From the human T2T-CHM13v2.0 reference genome, Homo sapiens: a stretch of 64,000 nt of DNA. The stretch is from assembly GCA_009914755.4 (NCBI GenBank), contig CP086569.2:23712001-23776000 (forward strand), given 5' to 3'. Made by a program: the position numbers and the translations under genes. The notes under the pieces are model-generated. The model had not been told where the DNA came from, did not search any database, and saw nothing but the letters and a program-made list of their open reading frames with translations. This document shows, piece by piece, positions 13,501 through 24,908 of this stretch; within the stretch, counting starts at the first letter, position 1; each line of letters starts with the position of its first letter.

Positions 13501-16500
13501 GTAAAAGGAGAGAGTCACATATCCTAAGTACTGGGCTCAGCCATGTGCCAAAATCCTCCTATTGTGAATGATCGGGCAGAAAAGGAGAGTCACATCACTT
13601 AGGTCATGGGTTCAGAGATATGTCCTAATGTCCCCAGTAGGCAGGGCTCATGTAGAAGAGGAGAGGCCCATCACCTACGTGCTTCCCTAGGAATATGTCA
13701 CTTTGTGACTTGTGGGCAAAAACCAGGCAGAATAGCCACATCACTTGGGTGGTGGGTCCCGAGATACATCAAAGGCTCTCTTAATGCAGCACCCAGCCAA
13801 GAGAGAAACATCATACTAGGTGTATGTTTTCTGATTATACCACAATGCTCCATACGTGTAGGGCTCAAGGAGGGGATCATTTCACCTAGGTGATAGGCCC
13901 AGAGATAGGTCACCATGTCCACTATGAGGCAGAGCCCTGGCAAAAGAATACCATCACCTGTGTGCCTTGCCTAGAAATATGTAACTCTCAAGTTTGGAAG
14001 GGCCCAAGCAGTAAAGCCACATAACCTAGATGATAGGCCCAGAGATATGTCACAATGCCCTCCTTTGGGGATCCTCTGCAAAGGAATATCCTTGCCTGTG
14101 TGCCTGTTCTTGCAGTGTGTCACTATCCTTCTGTTGTACAGTGCCCATTTCAGAGAGAAGACTTACATCAACTATGAAGTGCACAGAGAAATATGTCACA
14201 ATAATTTTAGTGAGCCTGGCACAGGCAACTATGTAACATCACCAGGGTGCTAGATCCAGTGATATCTCACAATCTTTACTGAGAGATATGACCAGGTAGG
14301 AGAGTCATATCACCTCGATGTTGGCCTCGGTAGGAATCATAATCCCATATATGGGCTGGAACAAGTCTGGTGAGTCAAATTACACAAGTGCTTGGCAAAC
14401 ATTTATATCACAATCACACTGTCATAAAATTCCAAAGATGAGATTTACAATACCACACATGTCCTGTTTTCATGTGTGACAGTTGCCTTCATCCATGTGA
14501 GATGATAACAGTCCTTACCTTCAGCTGGGTGGGTATACAAGACTCAAAATTTCACCTGGGTGCTTAGCTCCAATTTGACTCTGACTGTATAGTCCAAAGA
14601 CTTTGTAAAATGTATGTGAGTGTTGTAATATTTTGTGACCTTTGTACAAGGAGGAGATCCAGGACATCAAACGTGTCCCTAAACTTAGTTATAAGGGTGA
14701 AAATATTCTCTATTTTCTGAGTCCACATATGAGAGTCATTATCATGCCTGTGAGCCATGCCTAGGTATATGTTACAATTCCCTCTGTGGTTATGAAGCAG
14801 GCAGAACAACCACATCACCTAAATGCTGGGCTAGAATTATTTCAAAAATTTTTTTTGTATTCTGTGCCCTATCAGAAATCTCACAAAACTTGTGTGATAG
14901 ATCCAGCTGTGTGGCACAATGTGCCTTGTGGGCAGTGTCCAGGCAGGAGAGGAGAGTAATATCACCTAAATGATGGGCACAAAAATATGTCAAAATGCCT
15001 ATTGTTGACAGGGCCCAGGCAAGGGGTCATATCATTTGGATGCAGTGTTTAGAAGAGCTACAATTACCAAAGGAAGCAGGGTACAGGCAAAAGAGGAGAG
15101 TCATGTAGATGAAGCATCCAAGAATCAGTTACAATCTCCCCTGAGGACATTTCTAAGGTACCTCAGTCAAACTACCAAAGTGCTTGGCCAATGTGTTTGT
15201 CAAAATCCCATTTATGGGCTATACTTTGGCAGAATTATTAAATAAGTCAGTAGTTGGGCAAAGGTATATGTCACAATTACACCTGTGGAAAGGCTTAATA
15301 GTAACAGCCACCATCCTGCACAAGTCCTAGGCTCCAGGCATATTAATTGTTATTAGGTTTCTGTTATAATCATTGCTTTATGGCACAATACCACTTGTGG
15401 CAAGAGAAAAAAAAAAAGCAAGCTTCATCACCTACGTGGGTGCAGTTCCAGTGAGATGTCACAATCCACCTTGTGGGAAGGACCTGGTGGAAGAGTCACA
15501 TCACCTGGATGCTAATTTCACGGACATATCAAAACCCCCTCTCTTGGCAGGACTTTGGTAAGAGAGGAGCCTCACTTCACCAAGGCCATTGGCCTAGATA
15601 TATGTCACAATGTCTGTTCAGTGCAGTACAGAAGCCAGAGAGTGGCCTCACATTAGTGCTGGGCCCAGCTTTATGTCACAATCTCCCTGTGGTCAAGGTA
15701 CAGGCAAAAGCCAAGAAACACCACCTAGGTTCTGATCCAAGTGACATGTTACAATGCTTCCTGTTAGCAGAACCCAAAAAGAAGAATTACATCAACTGGG
15801 TACAGTACATGGTTATGTGTCACAATGCACTGTAAGTGAAGGGCCAAAACAGTAGCAGGGAGCCACAACACTTATGTGATGGATCTAGATATAAAACACA
15901 ATTTTTTTGTAGGTAGTTTTATGAGTTTTATGCAGATAATGCACATCACCTGGGTGATGGTCCCAATGATATATAACAGTTCCCATTGTAGGCAGAGCCA
16001 TGAAACAAGGGATCTATTGCTTAGTCGCTTGTTCCACATATGGCCCAATTTCTTCCATGGTCTGGGCCTAGAAAAGAGTCATATTAGTCATGTGTTGGGA
16101 AAGTTATCTTGTTCCAATCACACTATCAGAAAGGTTCAGAAATAAATTTCACATCCCACACAAGTCCTGGTTTTGTTTATGTGAGTCAACTGTTCCTATG
16201 CATTGGGTTGAAGTAGAAGAGTCACAGTCTCAGCCTGGAACCAGATCCATGTATAAGATCCCCAATCCCACTTGAACACTGTGTTCCAGCAGGGGAGTCA
16301 GAGCACCACAGTGTGCTGAATCATGGTTCAAATGTTACAAAACCACCAGTGAATCAGATTCCTGAATTAGAGTAATTATTTCAACCTTCAACTGCTTTTT
16401 ATGTGTGAGATTTAGTGCCTCATTCCTAGGCCCTGTTCTGTGTGAGAATGACAATCATGCCAGCTAGATGTGCATACAAGAGTCCCATCTGCCCCTTGTT

Positions 16501-16724
16501 TCTGTTCTCTGTTTGACACTTTTTGTCATTAAGACTTCATATGATATATCTGAGTGTTATAATCCTTCATGAAGTTTATAAAAGTGAAAAATCCAGGACT
16601 TTACCCATGGCTCTGAGAGTCAAAATATTTCTACTGTGTGAGTCCAAGTATGAGGGTTATTATTTTGTGCACGTGTGCTTAACTAAGATATATGTTAAAA
16701 TTTCACCTGAGAGCAGGGAAAAGG

Positions 16725-17692
16725 TGTAGGGGTGGGTTGCCCCTACACACCTGTGGGTGTTTCTCGTAAGGTGGGACGAGAGATTTGGAAAAGAAAAAGA
16801 CACAGAGACAAAGTATAGAGAAAGAAATAAGGGGACCCGGGGAACCAGCGTTCAGCATATGGAGGATCCCGCCAGCCTCTGAGTTCCCTTAGTATTTATT
16901 GATCATCTGTGGGTGTTTCTCAAAGAGGGGGATGTGTCAGGGTCACAAGACAATTGTGGGGAGAGGGTCAGCAGACAAACACGTGAACAAAGGTCTTGGC
17001 ATCATAGACAATGTAAAGGATTAAGTGCTGTGCTTTTAGATATGCATACACATAAACATCTCAGTGCTTTACAAAGCAGTATTGCTGCCCGCAGGTCCCA
17101 CCTCCAGCCCTAAGGCGGTTTTTCCCTATCTCAGTAGATGGAGCATACAATCGGGTTTTATACCGAGACATTCCATTGCCCAGGGACAGGCAGGAGACAG
17201 ATGCCTTCCTCTTGTCTCAACTGCAAGAGGCATTCCTTCCTCTTTTACTAATCCTCCTCAGCACAGACCCTTTACGGGTGTCGGGCTGGGGGACGGTCAG
17301 GTCTTTCCCTTCCCACGAGGCCATATTTCAGACTATCACATGGGGAGAAACCTTGGACAATACCTGGCTTTCCTAGGCAGAGGTCCCTGCGGCCTTCCGC
17401 AGTTTTTGTGTCCCTGGGTACTTGAGATTAGGGAGTGGTGATGACTCTTAAGGAGCATGCTGCCTTCAAGCATCTGTTTAACAAAGCACATCCTGCACCG
17501 CCCTTAATCCATTCAACTCTGAGTTGACACAGCACATGTTTCAGAGAGCATGGGGTTGGGGGTAAGGTCATAGATTAACAGAATCTCAAGGCAGAAGAAT
17601 TTTTCTTAGTACATAACAAAATGGAGTCTCCTATGTCTACTTCTTTCTACACAGACACAGTAACAATCTGATCTCTCTTGCTTTTCCCCACA
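16725..17692 (-). mobile_element. Solo HERV-K(HML-2) LTR (LTR5 family; LTR5A/B-like rather than LTR5_Hs) flanked by a 6-bp target-site duplication AAAAGG
   Basis: The plus strand reads TGTAGGGGTGGGTTGCCCCTACACACCTGTGGGTGTTTCTCGTAAGGTGGGACGAGAGATTTGGAAAAG...ACAGACACAGTAACAATCTGATCTCTCTTGCTTTTCCCCACA. This is the reverse complement of the remembered LTR5 termini (5' TGTGGGGAAAAGCAAGAGAGATCAGATTGTTACTGTGTCTGT... 3' ...GAGAAACACCCACAGGTGTGTAGGGGCAACCCACCCCTACA). The length is 968 bp. AAAAGG occurs at 16,719-16,724 and again at 17,693-17,698. Joining the flanks reconstitutes one satellite monomer (GAGAGCAGGGAAAAGG|CAGGAGAGACATCACCTGGGTGCTGAG). Confidence 0.8.
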
Positions 17693-20479
17693 AAAAGGCA
17701 GGAGAGACATCACCTGGGTGCTGAGCTGCTGATACATTATAATCTCATTAATAGGGTGGGCCTATTTAGAAGAGTCACATCACCTGGATATAGCCTCAAA
17801 TAATATGTCCCCAAGCCCACTATAGAAAGGGAATAAGAAAAAGAGGAGTTACTCCACATAGGTGCTGTGCTCTGCAGTGTGTAATAATCCACTTTCTTGG
17901 CAGGGCCTAGCATATGAAGAAGAGTCACATCACATAGTTTCTGCAATAAGCAGTACATCAAAACTTTTTTGGTGAGCAGGACACAGGCAGGGGAGGAAAT
18001 CACATAACCTAGATGTTAAGCCAAACAATATTTCACAATGTGTTCTGATGGCAGTGCACAGGGAGGGGAGAAAAATCACCTAGCTTATAGGCCCAGAGAT
18101 ATGAGATAATTTGCCCTGTTGGCAGGGCTCAGGCAGAACAGTCACATTATTATAATTCTAACCCAGTGATATGTCACAATGCACCCAACAGAAAAAAAAT
18201 GTAATCCAAAAACTCACAACACCTGGTTACTAGGCCTAGTAATATGCCAAATCTTTTTGTCTTTGATGTTGACACCATTGAATGTGAGCTGGGTTTGTAT
18301 ATGAGAGTCACAATTTTCCATGTTTCCTGGGCTGTTGTATGACACTCTACAACATTTTAAGGGTTTATACAGCACGTGTGAGAGTGGCAAACCACTCTGA
18401 CCCCTACATGGTAGTATAGATTCACGATCTTAACATATTGCCCTAAACCCAAGTTTTATAGTCAACATCTCTTCTGCAGGCTGGGTTAAGGAATGAGATC
18501 CATTGTCATGCCTGTGAGCTAGATGTAAAAATGAGTCGCTATCCCATCTGTGGTCAGATCCACATAGGAAGGTCAAAATTCCAACTTTCTACTGTATTTA
18601 CTTTTTAGACTCAGGACCTTAACAGTGGGCTTTGGCCATGTGGGATGGAAACATTTACTTTCACTTGGGTGCATAACCAAGAATCCCAATCTGAACATTT
18701 TGCTGGTTCTTGTCTTGAAACTCTCTGTACCACCCAAGGAGGTTATACACTATGAGTTAGTGCTGTAAAGCTCTGTGAGCTTCATACAAATATGCAACCC
18801 AGGGCCTTACCCATTGCCCAAAGCCTAGTGATGAGAGGCAAAATATCTCCTATTGGCTGACTCCAATATAAGTCTGATCACCAGGCCTGTGATCTCAACT
18901 AAGGCATATGTTGAGATCAAGGTATATGTCAGAGTCCCATTTGTGGGCAAAATGTATGCAGGAGGGTAACATCTCTTTGGTGCTGTGCCAAGCAACTTGT
19001 CACTATGTCCTCCCTTGCTTGGCAGGGTATAGGAATTAGAGTCATATTAAATTGGTGCTGGACTGAGCAAAACAAAACCATCCTACCTGTGGAAGAAACC
19101 CAGGCAAAAGATATCAGAACACCCACATGATGGGCCCAGGATGTGTCAAAATACCTTCTGTGGCTCCAGGACAGTCATGAGTCATGAGATAATGTCCTGC
19201 TCTCAACAGGAAATTATCAGAGTTTTGGCCCCAGCAATATGCCATACTTCTATCTGTATGCAGGACCCAGGCAAAAGAGAAACATCGCCTGGGTGCTGGA
19301 CCTTGCAATAGGCCAAAAATTCGGGTGGTGGGAATGGTTCCAGAAAATAAGGAGTGACAAATAACCTGACTTCTGACCTCTACGATATGTCACAATCCCT
19401 TCTTGTAAAGACCAGGCAGAAGCTGAAAGTCACTTCACTTCAGTCTTGGGCTCAGAGATACATCCCAGTGTCCTCATTATGAAGGGCCCACAAAGAAAAG
19501 TCATATCAACTAGGTGCTTCCCTAGTTATATGTCACAATCTAACATGTGGGCAGAAACCAGGCAGCAGAGCCACACCACCTGGGTACAGCCTCAAGTAAT
19601 ATGTCACTATGCCCAATGTAGACAGTTTACAGTAAAAAAAGAAAATCACACCACCTGGGTGCTGGGCTCAGCAATATGTAATAATTTCCTTTCTTGGTAG
19701 AGTTCAGGACAAAGAGAACATTAATGTCACCTAGGTTTTGCACTCAGTGGTATGTCACAATTTCTTCAGTGGGCAGGATCTGGCCAGGAGAGCAGAGACA
19801 CATTACCTAGATGCTGTATCTAACAATATGACACAGCTGGATATGGGAAGGCCATTGGCAAGAGAGATATATTACCTAGTCAATAGGCCCAGAGATATGT
19901 GAAAATATCCACTGTTTGCAGTTCCCAGGCAGAAAAGTCACATTATTATGATTCTGAACCATTTCTGAACCATGTAGCATTATGGCTCTGAACCATTTCT
20001 GAACCATGTAACATTATTATGATTCTGAACCATTTCTGAACCGTGTAAGAATGCCCTTCTGGAAAAGAATTTATTTTTATTGTTTTTATTTTTATTATTA
20101 TACTTTAAGTTCTAGGGTACATGTGCACAATGTGCAGGTTAGTTACATATGTCTACATGTGCCATGTTGGTGTGCTGCACCCATTAACTCATCATTTGCA
20201 TTAGGTATATCTCCTAATGCTATCCCTCCCCTCTCCCCCTACTCTATGACAGGCCCCAGTGTGTGATGTTCCCCACCCTGTGTCCAAGTGTTCTCATTGT
20301 TCAATTCCCACCTATGAGTGAAAATATGCTGTGTCTGCTTTTCTGTCCTTGTGATAGTTTGCTGAGAATGATGGTTTCCAGCTTCATCCATGTCCCTACA
20401 AAGGACATGAACTCATCCTTTTTAATGTCAGCATAGTATTCCATGGCATATATGTGCTACATTTTCTTAATCCAGCCTG

Positions 20480-23400
20480 TCATTGATGGACATTTGGTTG
20501 GTTCCAAGTCTTTGCTATTATCGGTAGTGCCACACTAAACATATCTGTGCATGTGTCTTTATAGCAGCATGATTTATAGTCCTTTGGGTATATGCCCAGT
20601 AACGGAATGGCTGAGTCACATGGCATTTCTTGTTCTACATCCTTGAGGTACTGCCAAACTGTCTTCCACAATGGCTGAACTAGTTTATGTCCCACCAACA
20701 GTGTAAGAAACTCTGATGACAGCTTCTTTTGCTGTGCAGAAGCTCTTTCATTTAATTAGCTCCTATTTGTCAATTTTGGCTTTTGTTGCCATTACTGTTG
20801 GTGTTTTAGTCATGAATCCTTGCCCATGCCTATGGCTTGAATGGTATTGCCTAAGTTTTCTTCTAGGGTTTTTATGGTTTTAGGTCTAACATTTAAGTCT
20901 TTAATCCATCTTGAATTAATTTTTGTATAAGGTGTAAAGAAGAGATCCAGTTTCAGCTTTCTACATATGGTTAGCCAGTTTTCCCAGCACCATTTATTAA
21001 ATAGGTAATCCTTTCCCCATTTCTTGTTTTTGTTAGGTTTGTCACAGATCAGATGGTTGTTGATGTGTGGCATTATTTTTGAGGGCCCTATTCTGTTCCA
21101 TTGGTCTATATCTCTGTTTTTGTACCAATACCAAGCTGTTTTGGTTGCTGTAGCCTTGTAGTGTAATTTGAAGTCAGGTAGCATGATGCTTCCAGCTTTG
21201 TTCTTTTGGCTTAGAATTGTCTTGGCAATGCAGGATCTTTTTTGGTTCCATATGAACTTTAAAGTAGGTTTTTCCAGTTCTGTGAAGAAAGTCATTGGTA
21301 GCTTGATGGAGATGGCATTGAATCTATGAGTCACCTTGGGCAGTATGGCCATTTTCCACAATATTGATTCTTCCTATCCATGAGCATGGAATATTCTTCC
21401 ATTTGTTCATGTCCTCTTTCATTTTGTTTAGCAGTGGTTTGTAGTTCTCCTTGAAGAGGTCCTTCACATCCCTTGTAAGTTGGATTCCTAGGCATTTTAT
21501 TCTCTTTGAAGCAATTGTGAATGGGAGTTCACTCATGATTTGGCTCTCTGTTTGTTATTGGTGTATAGGTCTGCTTGTGATTTTTGCACATTGCTTTTGT
21601 ATCCTGAGACTTTGCTGAAGTTGCTTATCAGCTTAAGGAGATTTTGGGCTGAGACGATGGGGTTTTCTAAATATACAATCATGTCATTTGCAAACAGGGA
21701 CAATTTGAGTTCCTCTTTTACTAATTGAATACCTTTATTTATTTCTCTTGCCTGATTGCCCTGGCCAGAACTTCCAACATTATGTTGAATGGGAGTGGTG
21801 AGAGAGGCCATCCCTGTCTTGTGCCAGTTTTCAAAGGGAATGCATCCATTTTTTGCCCATTCAGTATGATATTAGCTGTGGGTTTGTCATAAATAGCTCT
21901 TATTATTTTGAGATATGTCCCATCAATACCTAATTTATTGAGAGTTTTTAGCATGAAGTGCTGTTCTGTTTATATGATGGATAATGTTTATTTATTGGTG
22001 TATATTGAACCAGCCTTACTTCCAAAGGATGAAGCCGATTTGATCATGATGGATAAACTTTTTGATGTGCTGCAGTATTTTATTGAGGATTTTTGCATCG
22101 ATGTTTATCAGGGATATTGGTCTAAAATTATTTTTTGTTTTTCTGTCTTTGCCAGGCTTTGATATCAGTATGTTGTTGGCCTCATAAAATGAATTAGGGA
22201 GGATTCCCTCTTTTTCTGTTGATTGGAATAGTTTCAGAAGGAATTGTATCAGCTTTTCTTTGTACCTATGGTAGAATTTGGCTGTGAATCCATCTGGTCC
22301 TGGACTTTTTTTGGTTGATAGGCTATTGATTGCTGCCTCAATTTCAGAGTCTGTTATTGTTCTATTCAGAGATTCAACTCCTTCCTGGTTTAGTCTTGGG
22401 AGGGAGTGTGTGTCAAGGAATTTATCCATTTTTTCTAGATTTTCTAGTTTATTTGCCTAGAGGTGTTTCTAGTAGTCTCTGATGGTAGTTTCTATTTCTG
22501 TGGGATCAGTCATGATCTCCCCTTTGTCATTTTTATTGTGTCTCTTTGATTCTTCTCTCTTTTCTTCGTTATTAGTCTTGCTAGCAGTCTATCAATTTTG
22601 TTGATCTTTCCAAAGAACCAGCTCCTGGATTCACTGATTTTTTGAAGGGTTTTTTTGTGTCTCTAACTCCTTCAGTTCTGCTCTGATCTTAGTTATTTCT
22701 TACCTACTGCTAACTTTTGAATGTGTTTGCTTTTGCTTCTCTAGTTCTTTTAACTGTGATGTTAGGCTGTCGATTTTTGATCTTTTCTGCTTTCTCTTGT
22801 GGGCATTTAGTGCTATAAATTTCCCTCTACACACTGCCTTAAATGTATCCCCAAGATTCTGGTATGTTGTGTCTTTGTTCTCACTGGTTTCAAAGAACAT
22901 TTCATTTCTGCCTTCATTTCGTTATGTACCCAGTAGTCATTCATAAGCAGGTTGTTCAGTTTCCATGTAGTTGAGCGGTTTTGAGTGAGTTTCTTAATCT
23001 TGACTTCTTGCTTGATTGCACTGTGGTCTGAGAGACAGTTGGTTATAATTTGTGTTCTTTTACATTTGCTGAGGAGTGCTTTACTTAAAACTGTGTGGTC
23101 AATTTTGGATTAAGTTTGATGTGGTGCTGAGAAGAATATATATCTGTTGATTTGGAGTGGAGAGTTCTGTAGATGTCTATTAGGTCCACTTGGTGCAGAG
23201 CTAAGTTCTATTCCTAGATATCCTTTTAACTTTCTGTCTCGATCTGTTTAATGTTGATAGTGGGGTGTTAAGGTCTCCCATTATTACTGTGTGGGAGTCT
23301 AAGTATGTTTGTAGGTTTCTAAGGACTTGCTTTATGAATCCGACTGCTCCTGTATTTGATGCATATATATTTAGTAAAGTTAGCTCTTCTTATTGAATTG

Positions 23401-23724
23401 ATCCCTTTACCGTTATGTATTGGTCGTCTTTGTCTCTTTTGATCTTTGTTGGTTTAAAGTCTGTTTTATCAGAAACTAGGATTGCAACCCCTGTTTTTGT
23501 TTTTGTTTTCTTTTTCTTTTTTTTTCATTTGCTTGGTAAATCTTTCTCCATCCCTTTATTTTGAGCCTATGTGTGTCACTGCACGTCAGATGGGTCTCCT
23601 GAATACAGCACACTGATGGGTCTTGACTCTTTATCCAATTTGCCAGTCTGTGTCTTTTAATTGGAACATTTACCCCATTTACACTTAAGGTTAATATTGT
23701 TATGTGTGAATTTGATCCTGTCAT
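20480..23724 (-). pseudogene. L1 ORF2 remnant (endonuclease and reverse-transcriptase domains, multiple frameshifts/stops)
   Basis: Track ORFs 23476..23724 (MTGSNSHITILTLSVNGVNVPIKRHRLANWIKSQDPSVCCIQETHL..., endonuclease N-terminus), 22016..22429 (…[18 protein letters not shown]…[19 protein letters not shown]…, reverse-transcriptase domain), 21533..21954, 20810..21361 and 20480..20698 all give ORF2p-like sequence. Confidence 0.85.
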
Positions 23725-23989
23725 TATGATGTTAGCTTGTTATTTTGCTCATTAGTTGATGCAGTTTCTTTGTAGCATTGATGGTCTTTACAATTTGACA
23801 TGTTTTTGCAGTGGCTTGTACCAGTTGTTCCTTTCCATGTTTAGTGCTTCCTTCAGGAACTCTTGTAAGGCAGACCTGGTGGTGACAAAATTTCTCAGCA
23901 TTTGTTTGTCTGTAAAGGATTTCATTTCTCCTTCACTTATGAAGCTTTATTTGGCTGGATATGAAATTCTGGGTTGAATATTATTTTCC

Positions 23990-24908
23990 TTAAGGATGTT
24001 GAATATTAGCCCCCACTATCTTCTGGCTTGTAGAGTTTCTGCCAATAGATCCACTGTTAGTCGGATGGGCTTGCCTTTCTGGGTAACCTGACCTTTCCTT
24101 TGGCTCCCTTAACATTTTTTCCTTCATTTCAACTCTGGTGAATCTGACAATTATTTGTCTTGTTGTTGCTCTCCTCGAGGAGTATCTTTTAGGCATTCTC
24201 TGTATGTTTTTGAATTTTAATGTTGGTCTGCCTCACTACATTGGGGAAATTCTCCTGGATAATATCCTGCAGAGTGTTTTCCAACTTGGCTCCATTCTCC
24301 CCATCTCTTTCAGGTACACCAATCAGATGTATATTTGGTCTTTTCATGTAGTGCCATATTTCTTGGAGGCTTTGTTCATTTCTTTTTACTCTTTTTTCTC
24401 TAAACATCTCTTCTTGCTTTATTTCATTCATTTGATCTTCAATCACTGATATCCTTTCTTCCACTTGACAGAATTGGCTACTGAAGCTTGTACATGCATC
24501 ACATAGTTTTCATGTCATGGTTTTCAGCTCCATCAGGTCATTTAGGGACGTCTCTACACTGTTTATTTTAGTAGACATACATCTAATCTTTTTTTCAAAG
24601 TTTTTAGCTTCTTTGCGATGGGTTCGAACATCCTCCTTTAGCTCAGAGAAATTTGTTATTACCAATCATCTGAAGCCTTCTTCTCTTGACTCGTCAAAGT
24701 CATTCTCCATCCTGCTTTGTTCCATTGCTGGTGAGGAACTGCATTCCTTTGGAGGAGAACAGGCACTCTGATTTCTAGAATTTTCAGCTATTCTGCTCTG
24801 GTGTCTCCCCATCTTTGTGGTTTTATCTACTTTTGTTCTTCGATGCTGATGTATAGATGGGGTTTTTGTGTGGATGTCCTTTCTGTTTGTTAATTTTCCT
24901 TCTAACAA
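23990..24908 (-). pseudogene. L1 ORF1 remnant (frameshifted; ORF1p coiled-coil/RRM region)
   Basis: Track ORFs 24666..24908 (MGRHQSRIAENSRNQSACSPPKECSSSPAMEQS...), 24189..24464 (MEERISVIEDQMNEIKQEEMFREKRVKRNEQSLQEIWHYMKRPNIHLIGVPERDGENGAKLENTLQDIIQENFPNVVRQTNIKIQ...) and 23990..24196 all give ORF1p-like sequence. Confidence 0.85.

Noticed and set aside
15473-15835. A 120-aa ORF (and many 60-100-aa ORFs such as 3619..3909 and 13606..13893) inside the array, with recurring CHN/LCHN motifs suggestive of a repeat protein
   Set aside because: The motifs are just the translation of the monomer core TGTCACAAT in one frame. The ORFs have no start context, appear in all frames on both strands, and stop at monomer variants. 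They are frames through satellite, not genes.
19930-20045. The three-fold CTGAACCATTTCTGAACCATGTAACATTAT repeat could be taken for a regulatory motif cluster
   Set aside because: It is a local slippage duplication of part of the marker monomer immediately next to the L1 insertion site. There is no evidence for function.
20810-22429. Minus-strand ORFs of 183 and 137 aa
   Set aside because: They are L1 ORF2p fragments of the minus-strand L1PA (…[15 protein letters not shown]…, …[18 protein letters not shown]…).
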